NCBI GenBank assembly: GCA_051362555.1 | Contig: CM120642.1 | Coordinates: 20,832,001-20,896,000, forward strand | Direction of reading: 5' to 3' | Source of the DNA: Lingula anatina | Taxonomy: Eukaryota; Animalia; Brachiopoda | Length of the DNA: 64,000 bases | In this document: positions 1 to 12,900 of the stretch, in pieces | Layout of the letters: every line of letters starts with the position of its first letter | Numbering within the stretch: the first letter of the stretch is position 1 | Notes under the pieces: model-generated | The model's input: only the letters and a program-made list of their open reading frames with translations | Database searches by the model: none | Told to the model about the DNA's origin: nothing | Translations under genes and position numbers: made by a program

Positions 1-284
1 GTAGATAGATAGATCAGGCATTCGCATAGGTGCATGATAATTTGCTTTGATGGGGAATTTTACCTAGCGCTAGTCTATAAAAAGAAGAATATCGATATCA
101 TACAATAACAGTCCTTAGCCATAACGGACGCTTTAAAGGTTTTAAACAAAGACAACATTGAGCACTTAAGAGATACCCGGTTGTAGGAAAAGATGGTTTT
201 CCACCCACTGCCATCAACACCATCACCACAAATTTTCATTTAATGTAGCCATTTTGCCGTCTTTTTCGTCCTCATAGAACTTTG

Positions 285-285
<1 letters not shown>

Positions 286-342
<57 letters not shown>
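286..342. repeat. (ATT)n microsatellite
   Basis: Direct inspection; it produces the poly-Ile ORF at 282-659. Confidence 0.95.
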
Positions 343-857
343 CTTGGGGAGGGACAAGTGGCGGGGATATATCACTCTTCCAATTTCCTGTCGGAAAGGA
401 AATATCTATGATTTTCTCTGTCATAATTGGCGTCATCCAAGTTTTGTTTGCAGTTGAACAAATGACTGGCTATGACACTATGAAACAGCAAAACTTGAGC
501 CTATCTAGCCTTTATACATATATCAAATTCAAAATAAATATCATTTATGTTTTTGCGTTGATTTTGTCGTTCCTTACACGGAGTTGGATCTACAATAATG
601 TTGTGTTGTCCCCGAATCTATTAAATTCTACATGTACTGGGTACATGTACATGTCTTGAAACGCCGTTGCATTTTAAACAAGAGTTCATAATGAAATGAC
701 AAACTGCTTAATCATATTTCCGTCTTTATCGGTTGTATACTTTTTATTTGTCTGTTATTTGAAATAAAGATAGCGAAATAAATAACAAAAGAAATTATGA
801 ATATATGGTTCGCTCTGTAACCGCGTGGCTTTATTTACATTCCTTTGCACGAGTTGC

Positions 858-908
858 TATAAATAGGTCGCGCGTGCGCATTGTCCCTAGACAGGCACAA
901 AATGGCGG
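858..908 (+). promoter_or_regulatory. Putative ubinuclein core promoter (TATA-like, NRF1-like, YY1-like motifs)
   Basis: TATAAATA 858-865, GCGCGTGCGCA 870-880 and AAAATGGCGG 899-908, all 85-135 nt upstream of the ATG at 993 (context GCACCATGG). Motif match only. Confidence 0.45.
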
Positions 909-992
909 CAGAATTGTACGAGAAATTAATATAGGAGATCCAATCATCTCAGTTTTCGGAAAAGATATGACTAGATTGCAAATGAAAGCACC

Positions 993-3900
993 ATGGCAGA
1001 AGCGAAGAGGATCCAGCTGACTGCTGTAGGCCCAGTTCAGTCGAAAAATAAGGAAAAGAAGGAAATCCCAACGCTTCGATTTAACTTGACCCTCACGAAA
1101 AGCACTTCAAAGACCTGCCCGGAGTTCTCATACACCGAACTTACTCGTAATATATTGGTAAGTTATAAAAACTGCATAATTTCGTCCATCAAGTCTCCTT
1201 CTACAGCCAGTATTTAATGAAAATCGTTTTGAAAACAAACTAAAGCAGTTTGTGGACTATGTTTGTAGGGGGTATCCCTCACGTGGGAAGGGGTGGGGGC
1301 CTTCAGAAATTGTGAATAAAAATGATCACATCCTTTGTCAGTCGTGCAAATGGCGGCTAGACGATAGTATGTGTGTACCCTTATGCTGTTAAATAGCCTG
1401 ACCGGGAGCGACGCCATTTTAGTATTTTTCCTTGCATATTTTCTAGGTGTCTGAATTCATCCGTGTTTTTATATGGAAAACTAGACCGTAAGCGGAGTTC
1501 ACTCCTGATAAAAACTATAGGGCATCACAAAAATCGAACATTAGTGGAATCTTATGATTTAGATCAGTGTTTGGTTGGTGGAAAGAAAGCACATATGTCA
1601 GAAGCTATCAATAATGCGACCGATTAATGAGCCGCCATGTTGCCTGTGGAGTTTACCTAGACAAGGGGTCGAAATTGCACAGCGCATTGCGCGTATATAT
1701 TTTTTTGCAAATATTGCTTTAATGTTGTTTTGTCGTGACAAGATTCTAATTCTGAGCATTTCTCACTGGATAACAAGGAAAACATTTTTCCGATGAAAAT
1801 TACTTTTCATGCAATATTATCACGGCTGTGTTTTTGGTTCACCGGCTTAGAGCAAAGACGATATCTAGAAAGACGTATATAGTGCTCAGACCGACTGTGG
1901 TAATTTTGTATGGATTTTCAGGAATACTTGTAAGTAATTCATAACATTTTGACTAGGAAATAAAAATACACAAATCTTTACAGGATAGCATTATGCTAAT
2001 GAGGTCAACATATTGTATTACCTAGCAGCAGCGCGAGACACCTGCGCGAAGCAACTTGTCAGATTACGATTCACTAGACATTAGTGGGGTTACCTGGAGA
2101 CCTCATCGATGATTTAATGATACAGCATGACCTACATTTTATTGATCACATCGATTTGATTGGTAGCAGAGGATTATGGGAAGTTTAGCCGAGCAGAAGA
2201 GCCGGCGTTGAGCGTGTTCTATTTATAGATCAGTAGACTGAAGACAGTGAAGTGGATTATTTAGTGATTTCAGCAGATGCGTTGTTAGTGGGAGTTTTTG
2301 TTAAAGCGCGGCAGAGGTCACGGCTGATTGATTACAGCTGTCAATCACTATTGATGGATGGCGTGGCGGGAAATTTAAAAAGTGTTTTTATAGACAAAAT
2401 TGCTATTTGGGAGGACAATTCTTTCTAGATTCATAATTTTTTTTCACAAACATTTTTACATTTTCTTATTTTAAGATAGGAGCCTGAACATTTGAATGTC
2501 TTTTTATCTTTATTTTTATTTATTTGTTTATTTTATTTATTTATATTTATTTCTGATACAGATAATTTCATGATATGGGCATTTAATGGGATTAATGCCA
2601 ATTTTTTTCTGAAGTTCTATATTTTTCCAGTTTTGCCCAGCCGATCTTAAAGTCACACATTTATTTTAAAAATTTATTATAGGACTTTCTTTTTCATGTT
2701 ATGACTGGCCAATTATGTCATAGTGCATATTGCTCTTAATTTCCCTCTGTAATTGAAATTTGCACTGTGTAATGCTAAACATTTTGCAATGTAACATTAC
2801 TAGGGTAGAACATAAATTTTAAAAAGGAAGATGGATAAAAAAGATAACGAAAATTGTCTGCTGTTTTAAGCAAAAAAAATTATTTTTGAAATGATTGGTA
2901 ACTATAAAACTCATCTTGTATGAACTGTGGATTAATGTATCATGCTAATTATTTTTTGTGTACTTATTTACCTTTTTAGTTGAAACTTAAAAGTGAGGAA
3001 TTGTGCGTTAGTCAAATTTATTTTATTTGGCATTATATGGCTTTTGAATTTCCCATTCTCTTTTGACATAGATCTAAGGCAGCTCTTTTTGAAATTGTAC
3101 CAAAATATAGTTATTAGTTATCACACACGCAGAGACTCACATTTTAAACTTTTTCATATTTTATGTTATGTAGATCATCAATAGTGTTGGGAATAAGACA
3201 GTACAACAGCTGAACTGATTTTTTTTTTTTCACAGAATGAAGCTAAGGAGAATGAAGAAGCGAACCCATTTTTGGACCCAGATGATCCCTTGGCTGTGGA
3301 TGACAGAGACAAGATGGTGGCTCTGGCAAAGTCATTTGAAGAAAAATATGTATGTAGTTTAATTGTTATTTATTTATGTATTATTATTATTATTATTATT
3401 GTTATTATTATAATTATGTATAAAGTTTCATTGTAAAGATTGCATTTTTTAGATACTGAATATTTCTTTTAAATTCCAATAATTTGCAGAAAGTTCACAG
3501 CTACCTTGATTTATACCTTAAATGTCATTTGATTGTATGAAGTAGATATGAAGCAGTTTGCTGCCAGAAATGTGACACACTTATTTTACAACTATTGGCA
3601 CACTTGGCCCTCACGTTTGTAAAATTCAGTAGTTTAATTTTTAATTACCTGTCATTTACTATTTGATTTACTTTTTTTTTTTGTACTGGCATTTTTTTTC
3701 TTTTATCATTTTGATTTTTTTATGTACAGACATGTACAGTTGTGTCAGTACATATAGCCATTACCTGCGTCTATCGTTATTGTGGTCGTCTCCACTGTGC
3801 ACTTTCAGTTTTATAACGAAAAGTGGAATTTCATGGGCCTTGAGACCTTTACTAGTCACATTTTCTAAATAGCTATGTTACCTGCAGTGCATAATTAAAA

Positions 3901-6900
3901 ATTGGTGATGATTATGCTCTTAAGTATTATGTAACATTGTATCGAAATTGAAGAAAATCCTATTTTGGGAACTATAATGACCTTTTAAGGAAACCATGTT
4001 GCTTGTGATTCTCAAACTTACAGAAAAGTATGATGGGACTAAAACAGCCTAGTTGGACTCTTTTCTAGAAGTGATACCATTAATAATAAAATTTTAATCC
4101 TTCAAATATTGGCATTTTCAAGGTGTGACTTTGAACTTCATGGACTTGAAGACGTTTGCTAGTCTTTTTCTGAATATCTATGATACTTTTAGTATATTAT
4201 TAAAAATTGGTGGTGATTTTGCTGTTTAGCATTTTGTTATATTGTATCAAAATTGATAAAAAAGCTGTTTTGTATATTGGCAATGCAAATGCTTTAAAAA
4301 GAAAACTGTGTTACTTATCAATATTGAAATTTACAAGAATCATTGACATACAGCTCAAATTGGCAAACCAGCTTGATTGGAATATTTTTCTTATTAGCAT
4401 CTGTACATATGACAGCTTAGCTGCCTTGTTTAAAAAGTAGAGTCAAGGTATAGCCAGCTTTTATTTAGAAAAAAAAAACTTTAAATTTTCAAATTTTGCA
4501 ATATTGCAAAAAAAGGTCATATGGTTTCTGTTTTCTTATTGTTTGTTGTTTGTTCTCCCCAGGGAAGCAAGCCCAGTAAGCGAAGGCGTGAAGAGCGGCT
4601 GGAGGACTTGATAGACATGGGGGAAGGCTACGATGAGAATGACCCTTTCATTGACAATACAGAAGCAGTAAGCTTTTTTTTTTACTGTTAATTGATATAA
4701 TGTAAAAGATAATATTTATTGTATGCTGGTAGCAACATTTGAATCTAAACACTGACTGCTCAGTGAAAACTCAGATTTGCAATTGAAAAAATTCTGATTT
4801 CAGTATGATGAGATAGTTCCATCTTGCCTGACCACAAAGCTTGGTGGGTTCTACATCAACCAGGGGGCGCTGGACTTCAGAACCCTGGAGGAGGACGAAT
4901 CTGAGGCAGACCTCAAGGCAGTAACAAAAAAGAAAAGGAAGAAGATTAAGGTACTTGAGCTGATTTTTCATAATTTTTCAACTTCAAATTTTTATTTCTT
5001 TGTTTGTTTTTTGTTAAACCAAGGACTGGATATATGTTTAAGACATGTATATACTTTGTTTTGTGGAAGTATTGTCTTCTCTACTACAGTTTGATAATGG
5101 ATTATAACTGGTTATATGTTAAAGACAAGTATATATACTTAGTTTTGTGGAAGTATTGTCTTTTCTACTACAGTTTAATAATGTATAGTTTTTACCAATG
5201 TGTAAAGTGTTATATCAAACGTTTTTAGATATCATTTAGGTTTTTGTGCTTGCTCACAACCAGGTCAGTCTTTTGTGCAAGTTGCATGTGGTGTTGCAAA
5301 GATAAAAGCAGACTGATAAACTGTGAACTTTATTATTGCAGAGAATTACATCAGATGAAGAAGGAGAGGGAGGAATTGTAAAAAGAGGTCCCAAGGTAAA
5401 ATAGAAAATGATCTTAAATGTTTTTAAAAAGTGACATTGATTTTTTATAGGGTTGATATATTTTTCAATTTTTAAAAAACAATACAACAGAAAAGCAATT
5501 TTAGTATTTACATTAGGCTTCATTCATAAATACATTCATTTATCATTTTTAGAAGAGGAAGTCAAAAGATGGCGAGATAAAGGAAAAGAAGAAGAGAAAG
5601 AAGTCAGCAGGAGAAATGAAAGGAGAAGAATTGTTGAAAAAGATCAAAAGAGAGAGGGGGTGAGATACCCTAATACTAAAGATTTTACTTTATGCTTGTT
5701 TTTACCTCATAAAAGAAATAAAAGTTATAATAGCTTACAATTTAGGCACATTGATACTTGGAAATTTACAAAATCACCCCTTTTTATACATTTCATCAAT
5801 TTATTACTATGCATCAACTATTGAAGAGTCAGAATGTTACTTTCCTGTCTGCCCCGTTTTTCTAACTTAACTGTCAATTCATATGAGAGATGTGCATTAT
5901 AACTTTCAGTCGTCCAAAGAAACAGAAGGTGGCTCCCTCTGTGGCTGACCTACTTAAACAGCATGAGATCTCACCCACATCTCAGGGGAATACAGGGGGC
6001 GATACAGGCAGCTTTAGTACAGGCGTCCATAACGGTGTGACAGACCCGGAAGAGGCACAGAAGATCGACTCCACCATAGAATCAGTGATCAGTCAGTCGT
6101 TGACCCTGGCTCAGTCTGAGGAAGAGGAGGGCAGTCAGGGGGACGGGCAGTGGTCGGTTCCTGCTGTCCCTGGGGAATTAGCCCCCAGACTCCCCACAGG
6201 CTTGTCTGATGACCTGGAGAACAAGATAGAACTCATTAAAAAGGTGAGAAAAGATAATAAGATAATAAGTGTCAGTGCAATTGTTTTTGAAAACTTTAAG
6301 GTAGAAAACATTTGTAAAGGTACTCTAATGAGTTAAAGCTTAATAAAATCTTATCTTGGGTTAGTTATTTTGTGGTCATTATTTATTTTTCTTTTTATTG
6401 TAAAAATAAAGTTCATTTTATAATAGTCTATTAGGAAGTACCTATTATATTTGTAAGAGGGTTAATAAAATGCAACTCTAAGTATAAGTTTGTCATAGGC
6501 AGCTTACGGGTAACACATGAAGACTGCCCTGTTTGTAATTTGGCAGGTTAAGATCATAGAGACGAAGAAGTGTGTTTCTTGCATTATAACGGTGATTTAT
6601 ATTTCTAGGCAGCAAAACAATCGACAGAGGGAAAGTGTAAATTCTTTTCAGCTGCTGTCAATAGACTTTTATTAGAGTAAGTACATGTTAGTTCAGATAG
6701 TTTTCTTAAGAAGTAATGTAATTAGCAGGGACAGGATATATATATAAATAAATGATTTAAAGAGATAAATATAATAAAACTATTACTAATTCAACTAAAT
6801 TATGAAATTTGTGTTATTTAGGTTATTTTAACTTGCAGGGTGGGCTACATTTCTTTAATTGGTTTTTAAGAAGAAATGTGTGCATTTTTGTCACCAAAAC

Positions 6901-9900
6901 CTGATATTTATGAAACAAGCCAATTATCTTGCATCCAACCTACCCCAAAGAAGCGGAAAAAAGTCAACATATATTCATTGTTCTAGCAGAATAAAAATCA
7001 ACATAATATTGTATGCATTGTTCTAAGGACAGCTATGTAGCATTGGCAAATGTGCACTGCTTTAACCTTCACATATTTCATATGCAATCCAGCATTGAAC
7101 AAGATACCAGGGAAATCAGTTGCTCACAACGATCAGGGATCTACAGCCACATGGCCACCTTCCTACCCTGTAACAAGGAAACTCTGCTAAAACGGGTGAA
7201 GAAACTGAAACTGAATGCGCAGGATGACCAACTAAAGGATCCAATTAACAAACTCAAAGAAGGTAGGGACTGCTCATCACAGAGTTATCTACCTATTGAG
7301 GTTATGGCCAGCTGGAATGGAGTAGAACATGCACATTCAGTGGCATACTTAGAATTGATTACTATTATAATCATAATGTGATTGAATATTACTTTATTAA
7401 AGAAAAAAGTTTAATCTACTGGGGGTAAATTTCAAAATTATGTGTCAACAATTACTGTATTGTCATTCTTTGCAAAAGATGTATTGTAAATTACAATGAT
7501 TCAATAATTTGTAGCATTTGATTATTAGCAATGTAAACTGACATATCTAAGACACAATGATGAAACCACAAATAGAAATGAATCACTTACTCCTGGCTAA
7601 ACTTTATATTCTGATGCCACTGTGAACAGGTAATCAATATTATTTCACGGTCCAAGCACCTGTATATTTGTTTTAGTCATGCCATGTTTACATTTTAGCC
7701 ATAGATGGCGCCATGCCTGCTCTGCTGGACAGTTACCAGGTGGAGTGTGCTGCTGCCCACCAGGCCAGGTATGACAGGTTAGAATAGCGCCTTCATTGAT
7801 TACTTATATTAATTAATTTATGCCAGAAGCTTAATCCATCTTATAGTGTTTTGTGGCATACCACTGATCATTGATTTGGTGTAAGTGTATTATATGGTTA
7901 AATCCAAAACAGCATGAAAATTTGTGATGGGAAGTCTGGATATTATTGTAAGCCTCATATTTGTCAGTTATTATTAGGCAATCTTATATTTGGCAGTTAC
8001 CGAACCATATGTTCTTCCCCCAGGCTTATGGAAGCTAAGGACAAACTAGAAAGCAGCAAGGATGAGAAGCCAACAGAAAATGGTGCCGTTGTCCCATCAG
8101 CTACAGGAGCTTCCACGGAGAGTGACGAGGATGCGGAAGCCAGCCAGCAGGGAGATAAGAAGAGAATCATGGCACCTCGCAAGAAGTTTGAGTGGACTGA
8201 AAGTATCAGGTAAAAACTGAGATATTGTTCAAAATAAAAAAAATGGTTAAAAATTATTTGTAAATAAATGTTATTCTTTGATACTTAAAGCTTGTACCTA
8301 GATTGAGGGGCAGGCAGACAGAAAAAAACAACAACTATGCGATTGATTTTATTCATTCAATATAGGCAAACAAAAGCAAAGTAAAAACTGATATTGCAAT
8401 GTTTCTTATTTGACTATAAGTATGTCATTTTACAGATGGATAGGTAGATATGGAGATATTAAAATGAAAGCATATTTTTAGGTGATTGATATTATTTTGA
8501 CCATGAAATTGAACAACTTTCATGTGCAGGAAATTGAATGATGACAGAAATGACAGATTGATACATTAGGATTTATTTTCTTATCTGCTGAAATAATGCA
8601 GAATTAAATATTGTTATGTTATGAGTTAGTTCTGCCACTTCAAAAATTCACATGGCTGACTTGTCTAATTTGAGCTATGATCTAACAGCAGCAGTTTTGT
8701 GGTGATCTCCTTCACCGGAACAGCTATCTACACCATTTTAATCACAACAAAGAGTACTATTTTCTCAAAAAACTTACTCCTGGTTTTATCAGTAAAATGT
8801 GAGATAATGCCTTTAGTAGATAGAACATTGTAATAAGGAGCTCTTATCTTCTAAAAAAAATTTAAAATCAAACTGGCACAGGCTTGTAGTTCACATGCTT
8901 GTCAACAATAACAGTTTTGGTAATGACAAGCATGTGAACAGTAACTTTCTATTACCAATTTACAAAGCAGGTGTGTAGCTTAAAAGTAGAAATGTGTGGG
9001 TTTGTTTATTGAAAATGAAAAAAAGAACTTTTTGCTCTAAAAGTGTACAATTTTATTGCACTAATGTTTAGATATCTATATGTGTTTTACATGAAAGAAG
9101 CAGTTTGGAGGGGAGAGACATTTTGATCAATTTAGGCCATTTTAACTTAAAAGGCTGCTTAGGTAAAATCAGCTGATTCTTTGATGTAGTTATAGAAGTG
9201 TATTTTTATGGCCCCATTCAAATGCTCATTAAAACTGCTGCATTGTTTGATGTTATCAGAGACAAGTAGGCAAGTTGGAGATAACCTAATTACCTGACTG
9301 ACTGACATAATTATACAGTAAACTGTGTTATCAGACCTTATCACCTGCCTCGACTGCAGAATTTAGGGTCAGGGCTTATCTGTTACTGTTTTAGGAAGTT
9401 TCTTTAATAAATGAAAATTATTTTCACGTACACATCAGTCAATGACATGATATATTTTATATGTAGCCATTAGAACAGGTATGAGGTTTACAGGTACTAT
9501 TGACAGGTACTGCAGACTGTTCATTTATTATTCAATACATAATTCCAGGGAAGACAAGGTTTGCGTATCTACCGGCTTTATTGTCTAAAAATAGAAAAAA
9601 AACTTTCCCAAAAGGTGTCAGCATGATGTTATCATTGATAACAAGAACAATTTGAGATCTTTTATGACTGTAATAAAATTTTTATCAATGCCAATAGTCA
9701 ACATTCTCTATTACACCTAAAACCATCAAGATTTTATATAAAACATTTTCAGTTTATCCAGTATATTTAATAGTTACTTCTTTTCTCCATCATTAAGTGC
9801 ACTTTTTTACAGTGTTTATTTGTATAAGATTGTTTTGCATAGGAGTGTAGGATGATAGATAGCCCATATACAAAATCCACTTAGTCTTTTTTTTTTTTTT

Positions 9901-12900
9901 TTTTTTGTCATATCTTGAGATATCTTGAGAATATCTTCATTAAAAACTAAGTTAATTACATGTACATTCTATAGCAGGGGTCAGGATGTTACAGTTCAAT
10001 GAAATAATGATAATCCATGTAGCATATACTATGTGAATATTGTTGTCATATTCTATTATTTGGCAGGACAAACAGTTGAGAAATGGAAAAAGGAAAAAAG
10101 ACTGTAGGCTCTCCTTTGTTGCTTTTCCCATCCCAGTGTAAGCGAGTTACAACTCTCATTATCACAACTCAGTCATGCATATAAGAAGATAATAAGCAGC
10201 AGAATATATCAGCTTATTAATAAGCCAGTGTATTGTAAGAGGTTTAGAGCATGTATGACTCTGTGGCGCAACGGTAGCGCGTCTGACTCCAGATCAGAAG
10301 GTTGCGTGTTCAAATCACGTCAGGGTCAATTCATTTTTCAAGGTCTATAAGAAGAAAAATCAAATGTAGCTTATAGAAATGGGTCCAATTAAACTGAATT
10401 TATGCAGTTTTTTTCTGTAGATTAAATGATGTATGATAGTTTATCACATTTTACTCTCAGTTGAAAAAGATGACACTTATAAATCTCTGGTCAACCGTGC
10501 CTCACCTAGAAGACTGGCCAAGTGGTGCAATGAATGCAGGGTTGTAGTAGCTGATGATATTATTCTCATTAACTTCAATTATTACAGTCCATTCATTTAA
10601 TTATGATTATGCTTAGTTTTCCATTTTTGAAAGTATGTTTTAATGCATGAGCTGGGTTATAAAGATATTGTAATGTAGCATTGTACTAGTGTGCAAGCCA
10701 AGGGTTATAATGTTGCCTGCTGTGAAATTAATAGAAAGATTAGGTTTAGCTGCTACTCGAAGATCTGAAAACCAGATTAATGAGGCTTGGCGATTTCAGA
10801 ATATTACCTTAAGATAATGGTTTCATATCCTCACCAAGATATTTTCTTGTCTGATGACCATTCAATTTTAAAAGTAACAAAGGCTGGTATTTTTTAAGGG
10901 GTACTTTAGTAGTTACCATTTGTTGTATTAATAATCCACTGAAGAGTTTTATTGTGACATATTCGTAGTTAATAGCATGATATCCAAATCAGTTGGCCTA
11001 ATCAGTAGCTGTGAATGGAAATTAAATCTTGGTTCCAAAGTCTGAGAGTAGCGCGACATCTGTTTGCCTCAGGATAAGAAAGTACTGATTTAAACTAAGG
11101 TCAGATGCTATTTTAACAACTATGGTGCTTTGCTTTTTGGATATGCAAGTTTTTCTTGATGAATATGGGCAGATTGGAAACATTTCTACCTTTATGTCTC
11201 TCTTTGCAACAAAATAGCTTAATTCTCGTTTATAGTGATTTTGTATTCTGCTGTGGTAGCACTAACACTTGCCAGTTTAGCCAAATGCTAAAATTGATTT
11301 AAATTGGCTAAACAAAAAGGGCTTGATTTGATTTGTTTTACTCAAATTATAACCATTTGGATTACATATTGACAAAAAAGTGGTGATTTGGCTAAGCGAA
11401 AAAAATTGCTAGCGCTACCCCAGAATCAGGTTTAATAACATTGACTTCATACAAATGAATCTTCCTAACTTCCCCTTGTAGAGAGCTGCTGTGTCGTGTG
11501 GTCAGGCTGAAGCTCCAGGGCTATGAGTCCACCAGGGCTAAGGGGCAGACTGCCGAGGAGTACCTGAAGGGGTTCCTGGAGGCCGAAATTAAAACTTTGT
11601 GGCCCAAGGGATGGATGCAGACAAGGTGGGTGGGCACACTCAGACTGAATTATTGGAACTTAATATCTAAACTACATTTATTGCATGTGAAACTAATATG
11701 TAATTACTATTTCAAGTTATTTAACTAGAACTAGTATAAATATAATCTATAAAAGGCACAAAGTCTGTATACCAAAAGATATAAGGATTGGAACTTATAA
11801 CTAAGTGCTAAGCATGTATGTTCATACTTCAAAAATGTATTTGTCACCATTTTCTCATCAATCATGTTCCCAATTTGGAATGGGCTAAAAAGAAAAAAAA
11901 ACAGCTGTTTGTCTACAATGAAGAACATTGCACATTGAGCCCAGAGGATAGGTGGCAAAGTTTTGTAGATATATGACCTTTTTTTCCAAATTCCTTAAGC
12001 TTAAATTAAATCAAACAGAATTTTAGATTGAATACTGGGCTTATTGTTAAACAAAGGCACAAAATGCCTAGGTACATACATAAATTAAAAATGTTCTTGC
12101 TCAGAATTTGTAGTATGGATTCAGTGCTCTGTGAATGTTTTCATTCTGAAGTGAAATTAAGAGATGTTCTTAGTCACAATGTGGGCAGGTCACAATGACA
12201 GCAGCTGCTGTGACTATTTTGTGGAATTTTTTTTCTTCGTTATTTCAGGATGCTGTTTAAAGAAAGTAAATCGGCTCACTCTTACCTTACAGGTCCACAG
12301 TAAGTACATTCTTGTTTGTTTACTTTGGTCAGTTTTGAAAGTTTTCACAACATAATTATATAACTGGGTAGCTGATAAGGAATAAACATTGGCACACGTT
12401 AATCAAATTGAATGTTATACACTAAATACTTTGAGATCTTAAAGCAATAGAAATGAGCTAACCAGCATTAGTCTGAAGACTGTTGCAGCAATGAAATATA
12501 AAATGCATAAATGTGCAATTCCTTTTTTTTACCTCAGACAAAAGCCAAAGAAAACCATGATTGTGACTACAAGTCCCAAGCCACAGATTGTAACATCAGT
12601 GGCAGTAGTAACAACATCAACCAGTGTATCATCAACAGTAACAGCAGGGACGACAGTTTCCCAGGAGAACAAGCAGATCGACATGAACACGGTTCCTAGC
12701 TCTCTAGGATTAGGAGAGCAGAAACGGACTGACCACGCCTACAGTCAGAGACCCAAGACTCAAATAACCACAAAACCTTTGACATCAACTCAAGTGTCTG
12801 AACTGTTGCGCAGCTCTCCAGCCTCGGAAGTACTGAAGACTCTAAGTTTGTCCACAGGGTCACCTGCTGTGTCAAATACACCTGTGACAGCAGTGGTGAC

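Noticed and set aside
282-659. 125-aa hydrophobic ORF
   Set aside because: Poly-Ile comes from the (ATT)n microsatellite, the start is TTG, and there is no recognisable domain or splice context.
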